A DNA stretch of 42,543 nucleotides from positions 23,566 through 66,108 of the forward strand of contig JAQAJI010000013.1 in NCBI GenBank assembly GCA_028278665.1. The letters are read 5' to 3'. This stretch comes from Candidatus Rariloculus versatilis. GTDB lineage: Bacteria; Pseudomonadota; Gammaproteobacteria; Steroidobacterales; Rariloculaceae. The notes beneath the pieces were generated by a model, which saw only the letters and a program-made list of their open reading frames with translations, searched no databases and was not told the DNA's origin. The translations under genes and the position numbers were made by a program. Positions 8,521 through 17,439 of this stretch are shown here, piece by piece (within the stretch, counting starts at the first letter, position 1; every line of letters starts with the position of its first letter).

Positions 8521-9527
8521 GCAGGAAGAAACGCCGCGGCATAGAGACGCTGAGCCTGTCGTTCCTCGACAGCATTTCCTGTGGTTTCGGGGCGATCATC
8601 CTGCTGCTCGTGATCACGAAGCTCTTCGAGCCGATCCGGCTCGAGGAGAGCAATCAGGAACTGGAGGGACTGCTCGCACGTTACGAGCAGGAACTCACGG
8701 AGATACTCGGCGAGACCGAGACGGTGCAACGCGAACGCGTCACGACCGCCGAGACCGTCGAGGAAGATCAGGTCCAGGTCCTCGAGCTGCAGCAGGAACT
8801 CACGCGCATCCGTTCGATTCTGCTTGACCGCCAGGACGACGAGACGGTCGCTGACGAACTCGCCGGCCGGCTCGCGGCCGCCAAGCAGTCGCTGACCGAG
8901 GAGATGGAGCGCCTGCTCGCCAATCAGGTGCCCAATGTCGAGGACTACGCGATCGGCGGCGTCCCCGTCGACAGCGAGTACATCATCTTCATCATCGACA
9001 CCTCCGGCAGCATGCGCAGTTACGCCTGGGACCGGGTCCAGCGGCAGATCAGTGAAACGCTCGACGTGTATCCCACCGTCAAGGGCATGCAGATCATCAA
9101 CGACGAGGGGACGTATCTCTTCAGAAGCTATCGGGGCCAGTGGATACCGGATACGCCGGCCCGCCGACGGGCAATCATCGATTCCCTGCCGAACTGGAAC
9201 GCGTTTTCCGATTCGAGTCCGCGGGAGGGCATTCTCGAGGCGATCGACAGGTTCTACGATCCCGACAAGAAGATCTCGCTGTATGTGTACAGTGATGACT
9301 TCGCGCCAACATCGACGATTCGCCAGGTCGTGCGCGAAGTCGACCGGCGCAACAGGCTCGACGAGGATGGCAATCGCCGCGTCAGGATTCACGCGGTCGC
9401 CTTCCCGGTCTACTGGGACGTCATGGGCGACCTCGTCTCGTCCGCGCGCTACGCCACGCTCATGCGGGTGCTCTGCCAGCGCAACGGCGGAACCTTCGTG
9501 GCGCTGCCCTCGCGCCGCGACATCTGA
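8517..9527 (+). CDS. ExbD/MotB-like TM + coiled coil + vWA domain protein (B)
   Basis: GTGA overlap with the previous gene. LSLSFLDSISCGFGAIILLLVI, coiled-coil stalk, MIDAS DTSGS ... YSDDF. Confidence 0.85.
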   Translation: MSRKKRRGIETLSLSFLDSISCGFGAIILLLVITKLFEPIRLEESNQELEGLLARYEQELTEILGETETVQRERVTTAETVEEDQVQVLELQQELTRIRSILLDRQDDETVADELAGRLAAAKQSLTEEMERLLANQVPNVEDYAIGGVPVDSEYIIFIIDTSGSMRSYAWDRVQRQISETLDVYPTVKGMQIINDEGTYLFRSYRGQWIPDTPARRRAIIDSLPNWNAFSDSSPREGILEAIDRFYDPDKKISLYVYSDDFAPTSTIRQVVREVDRRNRLDEDGNRRVRIHAVAFPVYWDVMGDLVSSARYATLMRVLCQRNGGTFVALPSRRDI

Positions 9528-9790
9528 ACGCTCGCAGGCTCCGCCAGCCTGCAACCTGGGGCATCCGCCCGGCCGCCGGCAAGAACAGCCTGGATCGTTG
9601 CTGGAAGACGCCCGCGCCGGCGACAGCCGATCAACGCGCCTTGAACCGCGACTGAGCCGCGTTGCGCGTTTCCTGCCAGAATTGATCATCATTCGGGCAT
9701 CGTATGGTCCGGATTCGGCCCGGAATTGCCTTGCCGCGGCGCTCCAATGGCAGGTGTCAGAAGACAGCTGGACACACCAAGGAGCGAACC

Positions 9791-10531
9791 ATGACGAAAA
9801 ATATCCTGATACTGGCGTTGGCAGCCGGGCTTGCGAGCCCCGCCTGGACCGCCGAGAACAACGCAGCACCGAAGGAGGAGAGCATCGGCGTCGGCAGCGG
9901 CGTGGTAGTCGGCGCGCTCGCAGGCGGGCCGGTCGGCGCCATCGTTGGCGCTGCAATGGGCGGTTGGCTCGGCGACAGATTCCACCGCGAGCGCTCGGCA
10001 AAGCTTCAGTTCGAGCGCCAGTCCGAACAGGCCCGCCTCGAATGGGAGCGGGCGCAGCTCGAGGCCGATGAACTGCTGGCCAGGCTCGAGGAGAGCAACG
10101 CCGATCTCGGCCAGCTCAGGTCCGAGTGGCGTGCCGCGCAGGCTAACTACCGCAACGCGCTGCAGCAGGCGCTCGACACGCAGATCTACTTTCGCACCGG
10201 CGAGAGCGAACTCGAAGACGGAACCGGTGAACGCCTGGGCCGAATTGCCGGACTGATCGGCGAACTCGCCGATCTGACCGTCGTCGTCGAAGGCCATGCC
10301 GATGCGCGCGGCGCGGCGGACTACAACGAGCAGTTGTCGACTGCACGGGCACAGGCCGTTCGCGATGCCCTCGTGACGGCCGGTGTCTCGCCGGGCCGGA
10401 TCTTCTGGGTCGCCGAGGGCGAGCGTCATTCGACGGCCGACGAGAAGGACCTCGATGCCATGGCGCTCGACCGGCGCGTGAATCTGAGCATCGTGGAACG
10501 GAGCGCGGCGGACCGCATCGCGCAGCAGTAG
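9791..10531 (+). CDS. OmpA-family peptidoglycan-binding protein with glycine zipper (PdsO-like architecture)
   Basis: AAGGAG RBS, signal peptide, glycine zipper GVGSGVVVGALAGGPVGAIVGAAMGG, coiled coil and OmpA_C motifs EGHADARG..YNEQLSTARAQAV..DRRV. Confidence 0.85.
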   Translation: MTKNILILALAAGLASPAWTAENNAAPKEESIGVGSGVVVGALAGGPVGAIVGAAMGGWLGDRFHRERSAKLQFERQSEQARLEWERAQLEADELLARLEESNADLGQLRSEWRAAQANYRNALQQALDTQIYFRTGESELEDGTGERLGRIAGLIGELADLTVVVEGHADARGAADYNEQLSTARAQAVRDALVTAGVSPGRIFWVAEGERHSTADEKDLDAMALDRRVNLSIVERSAADRIAQQ

Positions 10532-10590
10532 GCGCCCAGGGTTCGACTGGCTCCGGAGGACGGGCCGGTCGCCGAGGCGGAATCAGGGCC

Positions 10591-10620
10591 GGGCCGCGTC
10601 AGGGATGGCGCGGCCCTTTC
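10591..10620. terminator. GC-rich hairpin between convergent ompA-like and bioD genes (possible terminator)
   Basis: GGGCCGCGTCA-GGGA-TGGCGCGGCCC followed by TTTC. The U-tract is short. Confidence 0.5.
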
Positions 10621-11382
10621 TCATTCGCGGGTCGCGTCAAGGTACGGCGCGACAAGCGGCAAGAGTTCCGGATACGCAGCACCATCGCCGCGCCGACGGG
10701 GCAGGGCGATGATCGGCGTTGGAGCGAGGAAACGCTCGAGAACCTCGCGAGTCTCAGCGAGCGGAACCGGCTGCTCGAGCGACTCGCTGACGATGACGCC
10801 AGCGAGTTCGACGCTCTGCGCCCGAAGGGCCCCGGCCGCTGTCAGCGTGTGGCTCAAGGTGCCGAGGTAGCTGCCCGTGACGAGCAGCGCAGGTGCGCCG
10901 AGCGCCGCGATCCAGTCGACGACCGTATGCCGCCCGTCGAGTGGCACCATGACGCCGCCGATACCTTCGATGAGCGTAAAGTCGTAGCCGTCGGATGCAC
11001 GGCAGAAGCTCAGTAACCTGTCAAACGGGATGTGTTTGCCTTCTCGCGCGGCCGCCATGTCGGGCGAGAGCGGCGCGGCGAACCTCCATGGCGACACCGC
11101 ATCGAGCTCAGCGGTCGCGGGTTCGAAACCCTGTGCGGCGAGCAGACGGCCGGTGTCGCTTGCCTTGCGCTCGGCGGCGTCGAAGCCCGTTGCGACCGGT
11201 TTGAGGGCGCGCACGCGAAGCGATGTACGGCTGAGTTCCTCGAGCAGCGCGCACATGACGAAGGTCTTGCCAACCTCCGTGCCCGATGCCGTCACAAAGA
11301 CCGTACTCTTCGTTCGGCCGGTTTCGGCGGACCGCGCATCCCGACCGGCGTCTCTGCGCTGGCTCATCGGCACCGTTGTCAT
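10621..11382 (-). CDS. bioD: Dethiobiotin synthase
   Basis: FVTASGTEVGKT P-loop, LKPVATG, APLSP, LIEGIGG, YLGTLSHT. Overlaps the bioF stop. Confidence 0.93.
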   Translation of the reverse strand: MTTVPMSQRRDAGRDARSAETGRTKSTVFVTASGTEVGKTFVMCALLEELSRTSLRVRALKPVATGFDAAERKASDTGRLLAAQGFEPATAELDAVSPWRFAAPLSPDMAAAREGKHIPFDRLLSFCRASDGYDFTLIEGIGGVMVPLDGRHTVVDWIAALGAPALLVTGSYLGTLSHTLTAAGALRAQSVELAGVIVSESLEQPVPLAETREVLERFLAPTPIIALPRRRGDGAAYPELLPLVAPYLDATRE

Positions 11383-12539
11383 TTTCCGTCAAGGATCGGC
11401 CGGACGGCCCGGGCCAGCTCGCGCACATCGCGCTCGGCGTGCTCGGCCGAAAACGCAAACCGCAGCCGCGAGGTGCCGGCAGGTACCGTCGGTGGCCTGA
11501 TCGCGGCTACGAGGAAACCGGCTTCCCGCAGCGCGCTTCCCGCTTCGACAGCGCGGGCCGCGGGGCCGAGAACGAGCGGCACGATCGCCGACTGCGCGGG
11601 TTGGAGTCCGAGCGCAGCCGTGAACGAACGTGCCCGCGCGACCGGTCGGCCGACAAGATCGTTCTCCGTCGAGATGATCGCAAGCGCGGTTGCGGCGGCT
11701 GCGACGGTTCCAGGCGGCAGTCCCGTCGAGAAACCGAAGCTGCGCGCGCGATTGCGGATCAGTTCGCAGACAGCATGGCTCGCGCAGATATAGCCGCCAT
11801 AGCCGCCGGCGGCTTTCGACAGTGTGCCCATCTGCAGGGGCACGGCGACGGGCTCGTCGAACGCGAACGATGAGCCGCGGCCGGCGCCGACGACGCCGAG
11901 CCCGTGCGCATCGTCCGTCATGAGCCACGCGTCGAAACGCCCGGCGAGTTCGCCAAGCTCCGGCAGCGGCGCGAGGTCGCCCTCCATGCTGAAGACACCT
12001 TCGGTGAGCAGCAGGCAATGGCGGTGGCGGGAGCGCTCCGCGGTAAGTACGGCCGCCGCAGCGGCGGGGTCGTTGTGGTTGAAATGCACGACCTTCGCGC
12101 CGCTCAGCGTCGCGCCGCCGAGCAGGCAGGAGTGGCAGAATTCGTCCATGACGATGAGGTCCGCTTCGCCCGCGAGCAGCGGGATGACGCCGACGTTCGT
12201 GAGGTAGCCGCTGCCGAAGACGACCGCGTCGTCGGTGTCCTTGAGCGTGGCGAGCCGCGCTTCAAGCGCGCCATAAAGCGGGTGATTGCCGGTAATGAGC
12301 CGCGAGGCGCCGGCGCCCGTGCCGTAGCGGCGTGTCGCTGCCAGACTCGCCTCCACGACCTCCAGACGATGCGACAGGCCGAGATAGTCGTTGCTTGCGA
12401 AGGACAGGAGGTCGCGCCCCTGGCTTCGAACACGACGGCCGTCGACCTTCTCGGTGCTTGCGAGCGACCGCCTGAGTTCGCGGCGCTCGAGCGCCTGCAA
12501 CTTTCGCGTTGCGAATTCGTCGAGCGATCGGTCAGGCAA
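11379..12539 (-). CDS. bioF: 8-amino-7-oxononanoate synthase
   Basis: FASNDYLGL, GAGASRLITG, EGVFSMEGD, DDAHG, GTLSKA (PLP Lys), IRPPTVP. Confidence 0.95.
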   Translation of the reverse strand: MPDRSLDEFATRKLQALERRELRRSLASTEKVDGRRVRSQGRDLLSFASNDYLGLSHRLEVVEASLAATRRYGTGAGASRLITGNHPLYGALEARLATLKDTDDAVVFGSGYLTNVGVIPLLAGEADLIVMDEFCHSCLLGGATLSGAKVVHFNHNDPAAAAAVLTAERSRHRHCLLLTEGVFSMEGDLAPLPELGELAGRFDAWLMTDDAHGLGVVGAGRGSSFAFDEPVAVPLQMGTLSKAAGGYGGYICASHAVCELIRNRARSFGFSTGLPPGTVAAAATALAIISTENDLVGRPVARARSFTAALGLQPAQSAIVPLVLGPAARAVEAGSALREAGFLVAAIRPPTVPAGTSRLRFAFSAEHAERDVRELARAVRPILDGK

Positions 12540-12562
12540 ACGTGTTCTCCAATACGCCCACC

Positions 12563-13921
12563 TCAGCCGGGTTCGCCGCCGATGATCTCAAGCAGATCTT
12601 CGGTCATGGAACGCATGAGATCCGGGTCAGCGCGGCTTTCGACGTTGAGGCGCAGCAAGGGCTCGGTATTGGATGCCCTGACGTTGAAGCGCCAGTCCGG
12701 GAACTCGACGCCGAGTCCGTCCACACGCTCGACGCGCTCGGCCCCCGATGCGTACCTGTCTTCGAGATTGGCGATGGTTTGTGCCGCGTCGTCGACGCGC
12801 CTGTTGACCTCGCCGCTCGTCGGAAACCTCGCGACGCGGTCGGCGACGAGCTCCGACAGCGGCGCGGCGCGGCGGCTCATGATCTCGGCGACCAGGAGCC
12901 AGGGGATCATGCCGCTGTCGGCATAGGAGAAATCGCGAAAGTAGTGGTGTGCGCTCATTTCGCCGCCGTAGACGGCATCGACTTCGCGCATCGTCTGCTT
13001 GATGAAGGCGTGCCCGGATTTGCTCTGCACGACTTCGCCGCCGGCCTGCGCCACTGCGTCGATCGTGCTCCAGGTCAAACGCGGATCGTGGACGATGCGT
13101 TCACCGGGCGCCTTCTCGAGAAACGCGAGCGCGAGCAGGCCGACGAGGTAGTAGCCTTCAATGAACTCACCGCGCTCGTCAAAGAAGAAGCAGCGGTCGA
13201 AGTCGCCGTCCCAGGCGATGCCGAGGTCAGCGCCGGATTCGAGAACGGCCGCCGCAGTCGTGCCGCGATTCTTCCGGAGCATCGGGTTCGGCACGCCGTT
13301 CGGGAAATGGCCGTCCGGCTCATGCTGCAACTTGACGAGCTCGAACGGCAGCTGCGGCTCGAGCAGATCGACGAAGGGACCCGCGCAGCCGTTGCCGGCG
13401 TTGACGACGATTCGGAGCGGCTTGAGCGCACTCGTGTCGACGTAGCCGAGCAGGTGATCGATGTAGTCGCCGCTGAGGTCACGGCGGCCCACACTGCCCT
13501 GCCGCGGGGCCTGCGGAAACTCGCCGGACTCGGCAATCCGGCGGATGTCCTGAAGGCCCGTGTCGGCGCTGATGGGACGCGCGCCGGAACTGACCATCTT
13601 CATGCCATTGTGATTGCGCGGGTTGTGGCTCGCCGTGACCATGATCCCGCCGTCGAGCCCGTCGTGGAACGTCGCGAAGTAGACGAGTTCGGTACCGCAG
13701 ATCCCGATGTCGATGACGTCGACGCCGGAATCGGTCAGTCCACGCGTCAAGGCGGCGGAAAGCTTCGGGCTCGACAGCCGCACATCGCGCCCCACGGCGA
13801 CGGTCGCGGGCGAGACGTGGGCCGCGTAGGCGCGGCCGATGCGCCAGGCGATTTCCTCGTCGAGATCCTCGGGAACGCGGCCTCTGACATCGTAGGCCTT
13901 GAAACAGTCGATTCCCTTCAC
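12563..13921 (-). CDS. manB: Phosphomannomutase/phosphoglucomutase (CpsG/ManB type)
   Basis: FKAYDVRG near a GTG start at 13921, TASHNP phosphoserine loop, DGDFDR metal loop, GEMSAH, RASNTEP. Confidence 0.92.
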   Translation of the reverse strand: MKGIDCFKAYDVRGRVPEDLDEEIAWRIGRAYAAHVSPATVAVGRDVRLSSPKLSAALTRGLTDSGVDVIDIGICGTELVYFATFHDGLDGGIMVTASHNPRNHNGMKMVSSGARPISADTGLQDIRRIAESGEFPQAPRQGSVGRRDLSGDYIDHLLGYVDTSALKPLRIVVNAGNGCAGPFVDLLEPQLPFELVKLQHEPDGHFPNGVPNPMLRKNRGTTAAAVLESGADLGIAWDGDFDRCFFFDERGEFIEGYYLVGLLALAFLEKAPGERIVHDPRLTWSTIDAVAQAGGEVVQSKSGHAFIKQTMREVDAVYGGEMSAHHYFRDFSYADSGMIPWLLVAEIMSRRAAPLSELVADRVARFPTSGEVNRRVDDAAQTIANLEDRYASGAERVERVDGLGVEFPDWRFNVRASNTEPLLRLNVESRADPDLMRSMTEDLLEIIGGEPG

Positions 13922-14197
13922 TTCAGACGTCCCGTTACGCGTCAGAGCACAAGCGTGGATCGCGCGCCTCCCGGCATCGCTGTCGGCAACGGCAGACCTT
14001 TTCCCATCCGAATACACAGGCAGCGGATGCCGCAGTCGAAGGCACGCCAGTATAGCGGCAAGCTCCATATTCTTCCTGCGCGCGCCTTGCCGGACCGGCG
14101 CCTCGCCCGACTCGGTGCTTCACGCGACTTCTGCCACGCGCTGCCAGGCACGAGATTGTCGTAGTATCGGCGCACGCCGGCCGTTACCGGGACGCCA

Positions 14198-15436
14198 TTG
14201 TCCACGCTCTGGTTGCCGTACAGACAGATGCAGACCGCGCCGCCGCCGTTTCAGGCGCAGCGGACCGACGGCGTGTGGATCACGCTCGCCGACGGGCGCC
14301 GGCTCATCGACGGCACGGCGTCGTGGTGGACGGCCTGCCACGGCTACAACCATCCGCACATCCGCGCCGCGGTCGAGGCCCAGCTCGGTGCCATGCCGCA
14401 CGTCATGCTCGGCGGCCTCGTGAACGCGCCGGCGCTGACGCTTGCGCGGCGGCTCGCCGTTATGCTGCCGGGCGATCTCGAGCACGTCTTCTTCTCCGAA
14501 TCGGGGTCCGTGTCGGTCGAGGTCGCGATGAAGATGGCGCTGCAGTACTGGATCAACCGGGACGAGCCCGGGCGCCGCCGCTTCCTCAGCTTCAGCAACG
14601 CCTATTTTGGCGACACCTTCGCCGCGATGTCGGTCTGCGATCCCGAAGAGGGCATGCACGCGATGTTCCGCGGTGCGTTGCCCGAGCAACTGCTCCTCGA
14701 CCTCCCCGCCGATCCGCGCGACACGGCCGCGTTCGAACACGCGCTCACGCAGCATGCGACGCAACTTGCGGCGCTCATTGTCGAACCGCTCGTGCAGGCC
14801 GCCGGCGGCATGAAGTTCCATTCTCCCGACGTACTCGCGCGCGTGGTCGAGCTCGCTCGTTCGCACGGTCTGCTCGTCATCTTCGACGAGATCGCCACGG
14901 GCTTCGGCCGCACCGGCACGATGTTCGCCTGCGAACAGGCCGGTCTCGTGCCGGACATCATGACGCTTTCGAAGGCGCTCACGGGCGGCACGCTGCCATT
15001 GGCGGCGACCGTGGCGCGCGCGCATGTCTACGAGGCGTTTCTTGCGGATGACCCCGAGCGGGCATTGATGCACGGGCCGACCTACGCCGGCAATCCTCTC
15101 GGCTGCGCAGCGGCCAACGCCTCGCTCGACCTCTTCGAGCGCGAGCCCCGTCTGGAACAGGTCGCGGCCATCGAAGCGTGCCTGACGGCCGGTCTCGAGC
15201 AGCTTCGCGACTGCCGCGGCGTCGCCGACGTCCGTGTCAAGGGCGCGATCGGAGTCGTCGAACTCGAGAAGCAACCGGATCTCGAGCGACTCCGGGTGCG
15301 CTTCGTCGAGGAAGGCGTCTGGGTGCGGCCGTTCGGCAAGGTCGTCTACCTGATGCCGGCGTTCACGATCGGCACGGCAGAACTCGACGAGCTGATCTGC
15401 GCCGTCAGTACGATCGTTGCCGAGACCGGCCGATAA
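14198..15436 (+). CDS. bioA: Adenosylmethionine-8-amino-7-oxononanoate aminotransferase
   Basis: LWLPYRQM, SWW..HGYNHP, SGSVSVEVAMKMA, DEIATGFGRTG, LSKALTGG, MHGPTY.GNP. Confidence 0.95.
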   Translation: MSTLWLPYRQMQTAPPPFQAQRTDGVWITLADGRRLIDGTASWWTACHGYNHPHIRAAVEAQLGAMPHVMLGGLVNAPALTLARRLAVMLPGDLEHVFFSESGSVSVEVAMKMALQYWINRDEPGRRRFLSFSNAYFGDTFAAMSVCDPEEGMHAMFRGALPEQLLLDLPADPRDTAAFEHALTQHATQLAALIVEPLVQAAGGMKFHSPDVLARVVELARSHGLLVIFDEIATGFGRTGTMFACEQAGLVPDIMTLSKALTGGTLPLAATVARAHVYEAFLADDPERALMHGPTYAGNPLGCAAANASLDLFEREPRLEQVAAIEACLTAGLEQLRDCRGVADVRVKGAIGVVELEKQPDLERLRVRFVEEGVWVRPFGKVVYLMPAFTIGTAELDELICAVSTIVAETGR

Positions 15437-15452
15437 CTCGGGACAGAGGTTC

Positions 15453-17303
15453 CTAGAACAGCTCCGAGGCGTCGGGCTCCGACCGGCCCTCCTGATCGTA
15501 GCGGTTCGGAATGAAATCGCCGGTGACCATGTCGCGGTAGCTCAGGCCCGGGCCGACCATCGGGTAGACTCCCGCTTCGGGGTCGATGATGGCCTCGAGG
15601 AAGGCGGGACCGTCGTGGTTCAGGAACTCCTCGAGCACCTGCGGCACGTCTTTCTTGTCGTCAAGCCGTTTCGCGTACGAGAAGCCGTCGGCCTGGGCGG
15701 TCTTTACGAAGTCCTTCTTGCGCAGCGATTTGTCGCTGGCCGAGAGCCGGCCCTTGAAGAAGAGCCGCTGCCACTGCATGACCATGCCGTCGCCGAAGTT
15801 ATTGAGCACAATGATCTTGATCGGCAGATCGTAGGTCGTGACGGTCTCCAGTTCGCCGAGATTCATGCGGATGCTCGCGTCGCCGTCAACGTCGATCACG
15901 AGCTTGTCCGGACGCGCGAACTGGGCCCCGATGGCCGCCGGCAGCCCGTAGCCCATCGTGCCCATGCTGCCTGACGTGAGCCAGAGCCTCGGTTCGCGAA
16001 AGTCGAAGTATTGCGCCGCCCACATCTGGTGCTGACCGACGCCGGTCGAGATGACCGCTTCCCCGCGTGTGATCTCGTTCATCGTCTCGATGAGGTAGTT
16101 CGGCTGGATCAGCGGGCTCTCGCGGTCGTAGTTGAGTCCGTACTTCGACTTGAGTTCGGCGGTCTGCGCATGCCAGTCCGAGACGTCGGCCGAGAAACCC
16201 GAACGGCGCGCGCAGGCGACGATTGCCTCGAGCACCTCCGGTAGCAATCCGACGTGGTGCCAGTCGGCGGACCTGACCTTGTGAATTTCCGAAGCGTCGA
16301 TGTCCAGGTGCAGGATTCGGCGTGCGCGCCTGGCGAACTGATCCGGTATGCCGGCCACGCGATCGTCGAAGCGGGCCCCTACGGCGATCAGCAGGTCGCA
16401 GTCGTCGACCGCGTAGTTCGCGCTCGCAAGGCCGTGCATGCCGAGCATGTGCATCGCGAGCGGATGCTTTGTGTCGAAGCTGCCGAGGCCCATGAGCGTC
16501 GTCACGACGGGAATCTCGAACTGCAGCGCGAACGCCTTGAGCGCTGCGGCGGCATTGCCGTTGATGACACCGCCGCCGACATAGAGCAGCGGGCGCTTGC
16601 TCTCGGCGAGCATCGACAGGAACTCTTCGCAGCCGGCTTCGCTGATCGCGTTGTGCTCGACTTCCGCAAGGCGGCGCCGGTAGCCCGGGATCGGCAGGTT
16701 GCCGTAGCCGCCGAAAGCGCCTTCCCAGTTCTGTACGTCCTTGGGCACGTCGACGACGACGGGTCCGGGCCGCCCGGTTCGCGCGATCTCGAACGCTGTG
16801 CGTACGGTCGCTTCGAGCTTGGTCGCGTCGGTAACGAGAAACACGTGTTTGGCGACGGATCCCATGACCGCGGTGACCGGCGCTTCCTGAAAGGCATCCG
16901 TACCGACCGAGCCCGTCGGCACCTGACCGCAGATGACCACGATCGGCGTCGAGTCGGCCATGGAATCGCGCACGGGCGTGACGCAGTTCGTGGCGCCAGG
17001 TCCGGAGGTCACCATGACGACGCCGACCCGGCCGCTCGCGCGCGCGAAGCCCGCCGCCATGAACCCCGCACCCTGTTCGTTCGCCGGCACGATCAACGGC
17101 ATCGGCTCCTCGCTGGAGCTGCCGTGCTTCGTGTTGTAGCGAAACACCGCGTCGTAGGTCGGCAGAATCGCGCCGCCGCTGTAACCGAAGATCGTGTCGA
17201 CGCCTTCGTCTGCCAGCACCTGCACGATCGTATCGGCTCCGGTCATTCGCTGACCGGCAAGCGGATGTGCGGTCGGGATGCGCGTTCGGGTCTGCGTATT
17301 CAC
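15453..17303 (-). CDS. ilvB: Acetolactate synthase large (catalytic) subunit
   Basis: FGYSGGAILP, NEQGAGFMA, TSGPGATN, FQEA, GVGQHQMW, GSMGTMGYG, TPP motif GDAS...NN. Start GTG 17303 is inferred. Confidence 0.93.
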   Translation of the reverse strand: MNTQTRTRIPTAHPLAGQRMTGADTIVQVLADEGVDTIFGYSGGAILPTYDAVFRYNTKHGSSSEEPMPLIVPANEQGAGFMAAGFARASGRVGVVMVTSGPGATNCVTPVRDSMADSTPIVVICGQVPTGSVGTDAFQEAPVTAVMGSVAKHVFLVTDATKLEATVRTAFEIARTGRPGPVVVDVPKDVQNWEGAFGGYGNLPIPGYRRRLAEVEHNAISEAGCEEFLSMLAESKRPLLYVGGGVINGNAAAALKAFALQFEIPVVTTLMGLGSFDTKHPLAMHMLGMHGLASANYAVDDCDLLIAVGARFDDRVAGIPDQFARRARRILHLDIDASEIHKVRSADWHHVGLLPEVLEAIVACARRSGFSADVSDWHAQTAELKSKYGLNYDRESPLIQPNYLIETMNEITRGEAVISTGVGQHQMWAAQYFDFREPRLWLTSGSMGTMGYGLPAAIGAQFARPDKLVIDVDGDASIRMNLGELETVTTYDLPIKIIVLNNFGDGMVMQWQRLFFKGRLSASDKSLRKKDFVKTAQADGFSYAKRLDDKKDVPQVLEEFLNHDGPAFLEAIIDPEAGVYPMVGPGLSYRDMVTGDFIPNRYDQEGRSEPDASELF

Positions 17304-17439
17304 GGTCGTATATTCCGTCGAGCCCGGCCCATCAGCCCGGTACATGCGAGTCGAGTGTTGACGAAAAGTTACAGCATTGCAATAGCTGTTGTTCTGAGCC
17401 AGCATTGTCCGGCTTGGCGTACGGGCAGGCGGCAATGCC

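Noticed and set aside
5241-10531. Zorya anti-phage system, Tol-Pal, TonB-ExbBD or flagellar stator
   Set aside because: No long ZorA tail and no ZorC/D/E, TolA/B, TonB or flagellar genes. The partner subunits carry vWA domains.
13922-14197. BirA operator between the divergent bio genes
   Set aside because: No TGTAAAC-N-GTTTACA-like palindrome found by eye.
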